A stretch of 64,000 nucleotides of DNA from an uncultured bacterium (GTDB taxonomy: Bacteria; Hydrothermota; UBA3073; NMUJ01; CBEVQO01): contig CBEVQO010000004.1 in NCBI GenBank assembly GCA_965552055.1, positions 32,001 to 96,000 on the forward strand. Direction: 5' to 3'. The first letter of the stretch is position 1, and every line of letters starts with the position of its first letter. The notes below the pieces were generated by a model. That model ran no database searches and was not told the origin of the DNA. It saw nothing but the letters and a program-made list of their open reading frames with translations. The translations under genes were made by a program, and so were the position numbers. Positions 49,479 through 58,452 of the stretch are shown piece after piece.

Positions 49479-50747
49479 ATGGACACCCCACTTGCTGATA
49501 AAGTTCGTCCTAAAAATCTCGATGAATTCGTAGGTCAAAGGCATCTTGTTGGTCCTTCAGGTCCTATCCGCCTTGCTATTGAGAGAAAAGCAATTCATTC
49601 TATGATACTGTGGGGACCACCTGGTTGTGGTAAAACAACTCTCGCAAAAATCATGGGAAATACAGAAGGATATGTCTTCAGGAGCTTCAGCGCTGTGTTA
49701 TCGGGTGTGCAGGAAGTAAGAAATGTGATAAAAGAAGCACAATTTTATAAATCACAGGGCAAGAGAATAATACTTTTTGTTGACGAAATACACAGATTCA
49801 ATAAAGCCCAGCAGGATGCCTTTTTGCCCTATGTGGAAGATGGCACTATAATTTTAATAGGAGCAACTACCGAAAATCCATCTTTTGAAGTAATTTCACC
49901 ACTTTTATCAAGATGCATTACTTACAATCTTTATAAATTAACTCCTGATGAGATAAAAATAATAATCGGAAGGGGCTTAGAAGCGATGAAAGATTTTAAT
50001 CCCGTTCTCGAAAAAGATGCAGAAGATTTCCTTTCACAAATATGTGACGGCGATGCAAGAATTGCACTTAACATTCTTGAATTCGCGATAAAGACAGAAA
50101 AAGAAAAATCCGGAAAAAGGATAATAACACTCGAAAAAATAAAATCAATTACCGAGAAGATTCCACTTTTATATGACAAAAAGGGCGAGGAACATTATAA
50201 TTTGATTTCTGCTTTTATAAAGAGTTTAAGGGGCTCTGACCCTGATGCTGCTCTTTACTGGCTGTGCAGGATGCTTGATGCTGGAGAAGACCCCCTCTTT
50301 ATTGCCCGCAGGATGGTAATCTTTGCTGCAGAGGATATAGGAAATGCAGACCCTCAGGCACTTCAGCTTGCTGTAGCATGCAAGGAAGCCGTGCATTTCG
50401 TAGGTCTACCCGAATGCTATCTGCCACTTGCTCAAACTACAATTTATCTTGCATGTGCACCAAAAAGCAATTCAGCATATTTAGCATATAAAAAAGCAGA
50501 TGAAGATGTAAAAAAGTATGGAGCATTACCAGTGCCGCTTCATTTAAGAAATCCAGCAACTCCATTTCTCCAGAAAATGGGCTACGGCAAAAATTATAAA
50601 TATCCGCATGATTACCCCGGACATTTTGTAAAAGAAAATTATTTCCCTGAAAAACTCGGTAAAAGAAAATATTTTGAGCCAACAGAACAGGGTTTTGAAA
50701 AGAAATTGAAAGAATGGATAGAGGAGAAAAATAAGTTTTTAAAATAA
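49479..50747 (+). CDS. rarA: Replication-associated recombination protein A
   Basis: PLA...RP, GPPGCGKTT, DEIHRFNKAQQD, GATTENP, SA..KS.RGSD.DAA. Confidence 0.96.
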   Translation: MDTPLADKVRPKNLDEFVGQRHLVGPSGPIRLAIERKAIHSMILWGPPGCGKTTLAKIMGNTEGYVFRSFSAVLSGVQEVRNVIKEAQFYKSQGKRIILFVDEIHRFNKAQQDAFLPYVEDGTIILIGATTENPSFEVISPLLSRCITYNLYKLTPDEIKIIIGRGLEAMKDFNPVLEKDAEDFLSQICDGDARIALNILEFAIKTEKEKSGKRIITLEKIKSITEKIPLLYDKKGEEHYNLISAFIKSLRGSDPDAALYWLCRMLDAGEDPLFIARRMVIFAAEDIGNADPQALQLAVACKEAVHFVGLPECYLPLAQTTIYLACAPKSNSAYLAYKKADEDVKKYGALPVPLHLRNPATPFLQKMGYGKNYKYPHDYPGHFVKENYFPEKLGKRKYFEPTEQGFEKKLKEWIEEKNKFLK

Positions 50748-50791
50748 AAGTGCTGAAAAAAGTTATGCAATATTGACGATTTAGAAATGGG

Positions 50792-50838
50792 TCGTGGAGG
50801 GCGAAGCCCTACGAAAAACATCTGGGTGGGCGGGTGGG
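50792..50838 (+). other. GC hairpin followed by a G-quadruplex motif
   Basis: TCGT-GG-AGGGC-GAA-GCCCT-ACGA, then GGGTGGGCGGGTGGG at 50824-50838. Confidence 0.55.
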
Positions 50839-50856
50839 ATAAATAAAAATAATTGC

Positions 50857-50883
50857 TTGACATTTAGAAAAAATCATTATTTT
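50857..50883 (+). promoter_or_regulatory. rgy promoter TTGACA-N15-TATTTT, 8 nt before ATG
   Basis: Read directly; no RBS. Confidence 0.6.
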
Positions 50884-50891
50884 AAAATCGT

Positions 50892-53800
50892 ATGGATGTT
50901 AATGTAATTTATAGAAATTTGTGTCCTGTTTGCGAAAGGGAGCTCACACTCTCCGAGATTGAAAAAGGCATCTGTCAGCGCACAGGCAGACCCTTCAAGG
51001 ATGTCAAATTCGAGAGGAAACTAAAAGATTTTGAAAAGTTTTTCAGAGAATTTGTCGGAAGCCGTCCCCGTAATATTCAAAGAATATGGGCAAAAAGAAT
51101 CTTAAAAGGCGAATCCTTCGCAGCAATAGCACCAACAGGAATAGGAAAAACAGTTTTCAGTATTTGCATGGCTATGTTCTTATCAAAGGAAAAGAAAAAA
51201 ACTTATTGCATACTGCCAACTACAACACTCCTCGAAAATATCAGAGAAAAAGTTTATAATTTCCTGAAACAGAAAAAAGAAAATATAAACATACTTTTCT
51301 ATCATTCAAAGATAAGGAAACAGAAAGAAGCAAAAGAAAGATTGGAAAAAAGGGATTACGATGTGCTCGTAACAACAAATGCCTTTCTTGCAAAAAACTT
51401 TGACCTTATAAAAGATGTAAAATTTGATGTAATCTTTGTGGACGATGTAGATGCACTTATGAAAGCATCAAAGAACATAAACAGAATTTTAATGCTCGCA
51501 GGATATACGGAAGATGAAATTAAAAAGGGAGAACCTGAAGAAGATAAAAAAGGTATTTTCATGATTTCTACTGCAACGGGTACACCGGGTAGAGGAACAA
51601 ATTTATTCAGAAAATTATGCAACTTCGATGTTGGATATGTAAAAGAGACCGTTAGAAATGTTTCGGATATTTTTGTGGAAGAAAAATCGATTGAAAAGTT
51701 AAAAGAAATTTTACGAATTTGTGGAACAGGTGGGTTAATCTTTACAACATCTGAAGAAGAAGCAAAAGAACTTTACGAAAAGTTAAAAGAAGATTTCAAT
51801 TGTGATATAATGATTTCAACGCAAAAAACGAATTTAAAAGATTTTGAATATGGCAAAATAGATATTTTGATAGGAGTTGGAAGTTATTATGGTTTACTTG
51901 TAAGAGGGATTGACCTTCCCGAAAGAATAAGATATGCGATATTTTATGGAGCACCTCGTTTCGCGTTCAGGATAAACCTCGAAGATATAAAAAATGGTGT
52001 GGCTCTATATCTTGCAAGAGTAATCGCAAGAAAAGAAAAAAATAGAGGACTTATTAAACTTGTAAATTACAGGGCTATTGACAAAATAAAAGAAATTTTG
52101 AAAGAAAAATTACAAAGCTATTCAGAGGAGGATTTACAATCTCTCGGTATTTATCTTAAAGGCGACAGGATGATAATCCCGGATATAAAGACCTATATTC
52201 AGGGCTCCGGAAGGACATCTCGTCTCTATGCCGGCGGTATCACAAAAGGTTTAACTATATTGATGGAAGAAGATAAAAATCTGCTCAATTTCTTTATAGA
52301 AAAAGCAATGATTAGAGATATAACCTTTGAAAAATTTGAAGAAGAAAAAATCAAAGAAATTCTGGAAGAAGTTGATAGAGACAGAGAGAATATAAGATTG
52401 CGTCACAGGGCAAAAGATTTGTTGAAGCCGATTTTATTCATCGTGGAGAGTCCGAATAAAGCACGCCAGATTGCAAGTTTCTTTGGCAAACCGAGTGTAA
52501 GAAAAATATTCGGAATAAATGTTTACGAAGTTTTAACAGGTGATAAGTTGCTTATGATAGCACCAACTTTTGGACATATGGTTGACCTTACAGAAGAAAA
52601 TGTTGGATTTTATGGAATTGAGATAAAAGATGGAAACTTTATCCCTGTTTACGGAACTATCAAAAGATGCAAAAAGTGTAACTTTCAATTTGTAAAAGAT
52701 ATAGATTTTTGTCCGAGGAAAAATTGTGGTAGCAAAGATATTTTTGATGCAAAAAATCAGATAAGGGCTTTGCAGAGGTTAGCGCTTGAGATGGAAAGAG
52801 TTTACATAGGAACAGACCCGGATACGGAAGGCGAAAAAATTGCTTGGGATGTTTATAACCTTTTGAAACCTTATGCAAAGGAGATAAAGAGAGCAGAATT
52901 CCACGAAGTAACGAAAAAAGCAATAGAAGAAGCTCTCAAAGATTTGAGAGATATCGATGAAAACCTTGTAAAAGCACAGCTCGTTAGAAGGATAGAAGAC
53001 AGATGGACGGGTTTTGAGCTTACAAAAAGGTTAACAAAAGCATTTTCAGATGAAAAAGAACGCTTATTATCCGCTGGAAGAGTGCAATCACCGGTACTCA
53101 AATGGATAATCGACAGGACAGAAGAACATAAGAAGAAACAGAAAATATTTATATCAGAAGATGGTAAAATATGGATTAATCTGCCGGAAGGTGTTGATGT
53201 GAAAGATAAGTTAAAGGTTAAGATAAAAATAGCAGATGTATATGAAAAAGATTTAATCGTTCATCCTTTTACTACGAATACGATGTTGCGTGATGCCAGC
53301 AGGCTGTTGCGTCTATCAGTAAAAGATGTGATGGCGAGTGCACAAAAATTGTTTGAAATCGGATTGATAACCTATCACAGAACAGATAGCGAAAGAATAT
53401 CCGAAAAGGGACACGAAGTAGCAAGGCGCTTACTTGAGAAAGATTTCGTAAAAAGGACATTTGGTGAAGGAGGGGCACATGAAGGAATTAGAATAACGAA
53501 ACCTTTGCGTCCCGAAGAATTGAGAATTTACTTTGAAGAACTCGGAATTGTAGCACCTTTGACAAAAGAAGATTTTAATCTTTATAAGTTGATTTTCAAC
53601 AGATTTCTTGCATCCCAAACCCATCCAGCAAAAGTTAAATATCAAAAAGTTATTTATGTGGTTGATGGGCATGAAATTGAAGAAGAGCGTCCCGTTGAAG
53701 CCAGTGGAAAATCTTATGAATTCTGCCCTTATATTATAAATGTCAGGGATTCTTTAAGAGAAGGGGAATATGTATTAAAGGGCAAAGTAGAAAAGATACC

Positions 53801-54143
53801 AGTTGTGCCTTTGTTCACACAATCAGATGTAATAGCACAGATGAAAGAAAGGGGAATAGGGAGACCTTCTACTTATTCTGCGATACTTACAAAGCTTTTC
53901 GAAAGGGGGTATATCTACGAATTAAATAAGACGCAAAAAATAATAGCAACGACATTGGGGAAAAAGTGCGGAGAATATCTTTTCACACATTACAGTCAAT
54001 TTGTATCAGAAGAAAGGACAAAACAATTGGAAGAAATTATGGACGAAATAGAAAGGGGTGAGAAGGACTATAAAAAAGTACTCGAAGAACTTTACGAAGA
54101 AATACAATCGCTTAATAAATTTAATTCCTGCTTGACAGATTGA
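50892..54143 (+). CDS. rgy: Reverse gyrase
   Basis: N-terminal CPVC; APTGIGKT; DDVD; YIQGSGRTSRL; Toprim IVESP.KA and TDPDTEGE; topo IA SAGRVQ, ITYHRTDS, GIGRPSTY. Confidence 0.97.
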   Translation: MDVNVIYRNLCPVCERELTLSEIEKGICQRTGRPFKDVKFERKLKDFEKFFREFVGSRPRNIQRIWAKRILKGESFAAIAPTGIGKTVFSICMAMFLSKEKKKTYCILPTTTLLENIREKVYNFLKQKKENINILFYHSKIRKQKEAKERLEKRDYDVLVTTNAFLAKNFDLIKDVKFDVIFVDDVDALMKASKNINRILMLAGYTEDEIKKGEPEEDKKGIFMISTATGTPGRGTNLFRKLCNFDVGYVKETVRNVSDIFVEEKSIEKLKEILRICGTGGLIFTTSEEEAKELYEKLKEDFNCDIMISTQKTNLKDFEYGKIDILIGVGSYYGLLVRGIDLPERIRYAIFYGAPRFAFRINLEDIKNGVALYLARVIARKEKNRGLIKLVNYRAIDKIKEILKEKLQSYSEEDLQSLGIYLKGDRMIIPDIKTYIQGSGRTSRLYAGGITKGLTILMEEDKNLLNFFIEKAMIRDITFEKFEEEKIKEILEEVDRDRENIRLRHRAKDLLKPILFIVESPNKARQIASFFGKPSVRKIFGINVYEVLTGDKLLMIAPTFGHMVDLTEENVGFYGIEIKDGNFIPVYGTIKRCKKCNFQFVKDIDFCPRKNCGSKDIFDAKNQIRALQRLALEMERVYIGTDPDTEGEKIAWDVYNLLKPYAKEIKRAEFHEVTKKAIEEALKDLRDIDENLVKAQLVRRIEDRWTGFELTKRLTKAFSDEKERLLSAGRVQSPVLKWIIDRTEEHKKKQKIFISEDGKIWINLPEGVDVKDKLKVKIKIADVYEKDLIVHPFTTNTMLRDASRLLRLSVKDVMASAQKLFEIGLITYHRTDSERISEKGHEVARRLLEKDFVKRTFGEGGAHEGIRITKPLRPEELRIYFEELGIVAPLTKEDFNLYKLIFNRFLASQTHPAKVKYQKVIYVVDGHEIEEERPVEASGKSYEFCPYIINVRDSLREGEYVLKGKVEKIPVVPLFTQSDVIAQMKERGIGRPSTYSAILTKLFERGYIYELNKTQKIIATTLGKKCGEYLFTHYSQFVSEERTKQLEEIMDEIERGEKDYKKVLEELYEEIQSLNKFNSCLTD

Positions 54144-54158
54144 CGCACCAGTTATAAT
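54132..54158 (+). promoter_or_regulatory. TA operon promoter TTGACA-N15-TATAAT
   Basis: Perfect hexamers with a 15-bp spacer. Confidence 0.75.
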
Positions 54159-54184
54159 AAGGATGGAAAATCAGTTGTTTAGAG

Positions 54185-54397
54185 ATGAAGTTAAAAGACA
54201 AAATAAAAGAGAAAATAGATAAATTACCGGAAGAACTTCTAAAAGAGGTGAATGATTTTGTTGATTTCCTGTTGCACAAAAATAAAAAAAGGGGAAAGAT
54301 AAAAATAGAAGGTTTATGGAAAGGCTGGCATGTTCCTGATGACCTAATTGAGAAGGCGAAAAAGATTTTATTCAAAAATGAAAAAATTTCTGACTGA
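54185..54397 (+). CDS. DUF2281-like antitoxin
   Basis: I..LPEELLKEV.DFVDFL; overlaps the PIN gene. Confidence 0.8.
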   Translation: MKLKDKIKEKIDKLPEELLKEVNDFVDFLLHKNKKRGKIKIEGLWKGWHVPDDLIEKAKKILFKNEKISD

Positions 54398-54773
54398 TAC
54401 GCACGCTATTTTGTGGTTTATAGCTGAAGATAAGCGTCTCCCCGCTAAAATAAGAGAAATATTTTTAAAAGCTGAAAAAGGTGAAGTTCAAATAATAATC
54501 CCTACAATTGTGCTTGCCGAGTTGCTTTATATATGTGAGAAAGGAAAAGCACCTTTGCCGTTGATTTATGTAATAGAAAGGATAAAGATGAGCACAGGCT
54601 TTAAAGTAGTACCTTTCGATTTGGATGTTTTAGAGGAAATGCTCGATTTACCAAAAGATTTAGAAATGCACGATAGAATCATTTGTGCCACTGCGATACT
54701 TTACGACGCAATTATTATCACAAAAGATAAAATTTTAACAAAGCTTGGAAAAGTTAAAACAATATGGCAATAA
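54378..54773 (+). CDS. vapC: PIN-domain VapC toxin
   Basis: DTHAILW, VLAEL, HDRIICATA, ITKD. Confidence 0.88.
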   Translation: MKKFLTDTHAILWFIAEDKRLPAKIREIFLKAEKGEVQIIIPTIVLAELLYICEKGKAPLPLIYVIERIKMSTGFKVVPFDLDVLEEMLDLPKDLEMHDRIICATAILYDAIIITKDKILTKLGKVKTIWQ

Positions 54774-54803
54774 ATTTATCAGAAGATTAAATAGGAGGGG
54801 GTT

Positions 54804-55055
54804 ATGGGTGGTTGTACTGTTTTCACTTGTGAGCGAATGGAAATAGATAGATTATTCTGGGAATTTGAGTATCTACTTCAGCGTGTCAAATTAAAATTTT
54901 TAGAATATATTGGAAAAGGGGAAAAATTTGAAAATTTAATTAGACGGATGTTAGAAAAATGTTATCATATTATTTTAGATTATAAAAAGTTTGACTGGCA
55001 TCTATCGTCGTGGCTTGATAAGGCAAAACGCAATGAATACTATAAAAATTATTAA
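54804..55055 (+). CDS. Hypothetical protein (83 aa)
   Basis: Strong AGGAGGGGG RBS; no recognisable motif. Confidence 0.45.
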   Translation: MGGCTVFTCERMEIDRLFWEFEYLLQRVKLKFLEYIGKGEKFENLIRRMLEKCYHIILDYKKFDWHLSSWLDKAKRNEYYKNY

Positions 55056-55086
55056 AAACGCGGAAGAAAAGATAGAGAAATTACAC

Positions 55087-55113
55087 TTGACAAAATAAAT
55101 TTTGCATTAAAAT
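55087..55113 (+). promoter_or_regulatory. apt promoter TTGACA-N15-TAAAAT
   Basis: Read directly. Confidence 0.75.
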
Positions 55114-55137
55114 AAGAGTGTTTAGGGGAGGTCTGTC

Positions 55138-55656
55138 ATGGACTTGATGGAAAAAATAAGGCTTGTGCCCGATTTCCCGCAAAAGGGGGTGCTGTTCAGA
55201 GACATTACGACATTGCTACAGGATAAGGATGCTTTCAAAGAGGTCATAGATATTCTTTATGAGCGCTACAGGGGTAAAGGAATTGATAAAGTTGTTACGA
55301 TTGAAGCAAGGGGGTATCTCTTTGGTGGAGCACTTGCTTACAGACTGGGTGCAGGCGTGGTGCCCATCAGAAAACCCCAGAAACTCCCATGGAAAACGAT
55401 AAGAGAAGAATACGAACTGGAGTACGGCAGAAATATTCTTGAAATTCATGAAGATGCAATAAAAAAGGGCGAGAAGGTGGTGATATTTGATGATGTGCTT
55501 GCTACAGGTGGAACTGCTCTTGCTGCATGCAAACTTTGTGAAAGATTGGGAGGAGAAATTTATGAAGTAGCATTTTTGATGGAATTGAAGAAATTAAATG
55601 GAAGGGAAAAGTTGAAAGATTATAAAGTATTTGCGATACTGGAGGATGAGAGATGA
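55138..55656 (+). CDS. apt: Adenine phosphoribosyltransferase
   Basis: PDFP.KGVLFRDITTLL, EARG, Y.LEYG, DDVLATGGT. Confidence 0.96.
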   Translation: MDLMEKIRLVPDFPQKGVLFRDITTLLQDKDAFKEVIDILYERYRGKGIDKVVTIEARGYLFGGALAYRLGAGVVPIRKPQKLPWKTIREEYELEYGRNILEIHEDAIKKGEKVVIFDDVLATGGTALAACKLCERLGGEIYEVAFLMELKKLNGREKLKDYKVFAILEDER

Positions 55657-56963
55657 TAGAAATTCAAAGAACAACCGCCCTTGATATAATTGAGCATTTA
55701 GGCGCGTATGGAACACCTCCGGAATATGGAGTGCGGTATTTTACCGAAGGCATACAGCATCTGCTTGATTTCTACAAAAAGGAATACTTCGCTGAATTTA
55801 TAAAAAATGGTGGCTCTATTTTCCGACTGGTTACAGGGGGGTATGGCTCGGGCAAAACCCATTTCCTCTACTGCATAAGGGATGTCGCATGGGAAGAAAA
55901 TTATCTCGTGAGCTATGTTTCGCTTTCACCGAGAGAATGTCCATTTACAGACCTGTCAAAAGTGTATCAAAGCATAGTTAACAATTTGATGTATCCGATG
56001 ACAGAAAAAGAGTTAAAAGACCCTACAGAGCACGGTATTAACGGTGTATTAAAAGTATTTGTGAGGGAGAAATTTTTGCAGGGTGATGGCAACGAAAAGA
56101 TAGATAATTTGTTAAAATCTCTGAGAATGGATTTACAATCTGTGGAAAGCAGCAGTTTTGCTCACGCAGTTTATCATGCTATAAGAAGTTTAGTAGAGGA
56201 AGATTTTGATATTTATGAGGGATGTCTTCAATGGTTAAAAGGCGAAGAACCTCCATCGGAGATAAAATTGCGTTACGGCATAACAGAGAAGTTAGATAAA
56301 ACAACAGCTCAAAGGAGAATAAGGTCTCTTGCTCAAACTGTTCGCAAAATGGGCTATTCTGGTCTTGTTTTGATATTTGATGAAGCAGAGATGATGACAA
56401 GCATAGCCACTCAGCGCTCCAAAAAGCAGGTTTTGAACAATTTGCGCGAATTGATAGATGAATGCGCAAGAAGGGGGCGTTTACCTTCTACTGTTATGTT
56501 TTATGCGATACCCGATAAAAGAGAGTTACTCGATGGTGAAGGTCCGCATTATGAAGCATTGCGTCAGAGGGTTTCTTCTTACTTCAACAATATGACAAAT
56601 CCATCCGGAGTGATAATAGACCTTGAGAATCAAAATCTTTTGAGGATAAGAGAGGATGAGCTTTTGAAGAAAATAGGTGATAAAATATCGCAAATATATT
56701 TTGTTGCATATCCGGAGGCACTTATTCCACCAAATCAGTTAAAAGAGATGATACAGGGTATAGTTGATGAGGTTATAAAGGTAGCACCGGGTGTTGTATC
56801 TCCGCGCAGGTTGTTTGTGAAAAGTTTGATAGCTGTTTTACATCTGTCAAGAGCAAGAGCAGGGGCACCTGTTTTGGAAGATGAAATAAGGGACATCGTA
56901 AAAGAAAACTTACAGGTAGAAGTAGAAAGACAGGAAAATTATTCAGAAGAAGAGGAATTTTGA
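55653..56963 (+). CDS. DUF2791 / BrxD-like P-loop ATPase
   Basis: GTPP..G, FRLV.G.YGSGKTHFL, VSYV.LS, GY.GLVLIFDEAE, Y.AL.QR. Confidence 0.75.
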   Translation: MIEIQRTTALDIIEHLGAYGTPPEYGVRYFTEGIQHLLDFYKKEYFAEFIKNGGSIFRLVTGGYGSGKTHFLYCIRDVAWEENYLVSYVSLSPRECPFTDLSKVYQSIVNNLMYPMTEKELKDPTEHGINGVLKVFVREKFLQGDGNEKIDNLLKSLRMDLQSVESSSFAHAVYHAIRSLVEEDFDIYEGCLQWLKGEEPPSEIKLRYGITEKLDKTTAQRRIRSLAQTVRKMGYSGLVLIFDEAEMMTSIATQRSKKQVLNNLRELIDECARRGRLPSTVMFYAIPDKRELLDGEGPHYEALRQRVSSYFNNMTNPSGVIIDLENQNLLRIREDELLKKIGDKISQIYFVAYPEALIPPNQLKEMIQGIVDEVIKVAPGVVSPRRLFVKSLIAVLHLSRARAGAPVLEDEIRDIVKENLQVEVERQENYSEEEEF

Positions 56964-56992
56964 CAATATAATTCCAAGTTTTTCATATTACA

Positions 56993-57460
56993 ATGTGGAT
57001 GGCAAGAAATATGAATGCAAAATTCAAAAAAGCTGAATATTTGATTTATGCTTTGACTTCGCCTCAACGAGAAGAAGGTCATCTTTCTTTAAAAGAAAAT
57101 CAAAAATTAGAAATGGAGTTAATAGATATAATTACTGATCTTCAAGATGAAAGTGAAAAAAGAGATTTTGTGAATTTTTTATTCAAGATGGCAAAAGAAG
57201 ATGCCATTATAACATTTGTTTTACAATTGTTTTTAAGATATTTTGATGTTTTTAAAAAAATTGTTGCGAAGAAAAAAGAAAAATTGCTAAAATATGCTTC
57301 ACACAAAGATCCGATGATTGGCTATCTTTCTATAAGTTTGTTTTTGAAACTTCTACAAAGTGAGTTAAAGGAAAGTAGTGTCAGCATAGAAAATAACGAA
57401 ATATTAAAGAAGCGTATGCAAATAGTGATGAAGAATAAAGAAATATTCGGGTTAACTTAG
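56993..57460 (+). CDS. Hypothetical all-helical (HEAT-like) protein
   Basis: Helical pattern, L..ASHKDPMI; TTGACA-N15-TTTCAT upstream. Confidence 0.55.
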   Translation: MWMARNMNAKFKKAEYLIYALTSPQREEGHLSLKENQKLEMELIDIITDLQDESEKRDFVNFLFKMAKEDAIITFVLQLFLRYFDVFKKIVAKKKEKLLKYASHKDPMIGYLSISLFLKLLQSELKESSVSIENNEILKKRMQIVMKNKEIFGLT

Positions 57461-58360
57461 GACTTTACAAAATTTCTCGATAATTTCTTCGATTAAATCT
57501 TTCTTTACAATTTTGTTCAGCCAATTTTGGGGTATTGCCTCGTATCCGTAATAGGTGCCGCTCAACCCTCCTGTAACCGCACCAATTGTATCCGTATCGC
57601 CACCGAGATTCACAGCGCGTAAAAGAGAATCGGTAAAGCTTTGGGTCGTTAAAAAACTCCATAAAGATGCTTCAAGGGTATCAATGACATATCCCGAGCT
57701 CTTTATCAAATCTTCATTTAAGTTATAAATATTGCAATCAAGGATTCTGCTAAAATGCTTTAACTCCGAAAAGAAAGGTTCATCTTTATAAAATTCTTCA
57801 ATTTCTTTGACAGCACTGTAATATGCTTTGAATTTATCTTCGCCTTCAATGATGTGAACGATTATTCTGCAATAAAATGAACATGCTATCAGGCTTCTTG
57901 GATGTGCATGTGTTATTGCTGAAATTTTATGTATTTTTTCACAGAAATCTTTTAAAGGTAATTTTTTAAAATAAAAAGCTGCTGGTAAAATTCGCATGAG
58001 TGAGCCATTGCCGTTTGACCACTCATCTTTGCCACCCGATTTTTCAGGCGAAGCACCCCTCATAATTCTTTGAAGCGCTAATCGAGTGGTTCTGCCAATA
58101 CCTATCGGATAACCAAAGGGGGTCAAATATCCTTCTTTATACCATTTTATAAAATTTTGTGCAATATCGTTTAAGTCAAATCCTTTAATCAAACTATCAC
58201 AAAGACAAAGTGTAAGCGATGAATCATCAGACCATACCCCCTCTTTTAAATCTTTTATAGGATTTTTGCGTAAATATCCGCGGGAAGAACCCTCACGCTG
58301 AAAGCCAAGGACATCACCTAAAATAACACCCCATAATCCTCCTTTAACTCTCCCTTCCAT
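57452..58360 (-). CDS. ADP-ribosylglycohydrolase (DraG/ARH family)
   Basis: GD.LG, WSDDS, GNGSLMRI, TH, GGDTDT. Confidence 0.93.
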   Translation of the reverse strand: MEGRVKGGLWGVILGDVLGFQREGSSRGYLRKNPIKDLKEGVWSDDSSLTLCLCDSLIKGFDLNDIAQNFIKWYKEGYLTPFGYPIGIGRTTRLALQRIMRGASPEKSGGKDEWSNGNGSLMRILPAAFYFKKLPLKDFCEKIHKISAITHAHPRSLIACSFYCRIIVHIIEGEDKFKAYYSAVKEIEEFYKDEPFFSELKHFSRILDCNIYNLNEDLIKSSGYVIDTLEASLWSFLTTQSFTDSLLRAVNLGGDTDTIGAVTGGLSGTYYGYEAIPQNWLNKIVKKDLIEEIIEKFCKVLS

Positions 58361-58366
58361 CTATAA

Positions 58367-58393
58367 AAATTACAAAAAAATAAAAAATGTCAA
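58367..58393 (-). promoter_or_regulatory. promoter TTGACA-N15-TAATTT, 6 nt before ATG
   Basis: Read directly; no RBS. Confidence 0.65.
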
Positions 58394-58423
58394 TCAATAA
58401 AATTTTAAAGTGAAAAATTTTTC

Positions 58424-58450
58424 TTGACAAAGGTGGATGATGTTTAAATT
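58424..58450 (+). promoter_or_regulatory. promoter TTGACA-N15-TAAATT for the DUF6754-like operon
   Basis: Read directly. Confidence 0.65.
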
Positions 58451-58452
58451 AG

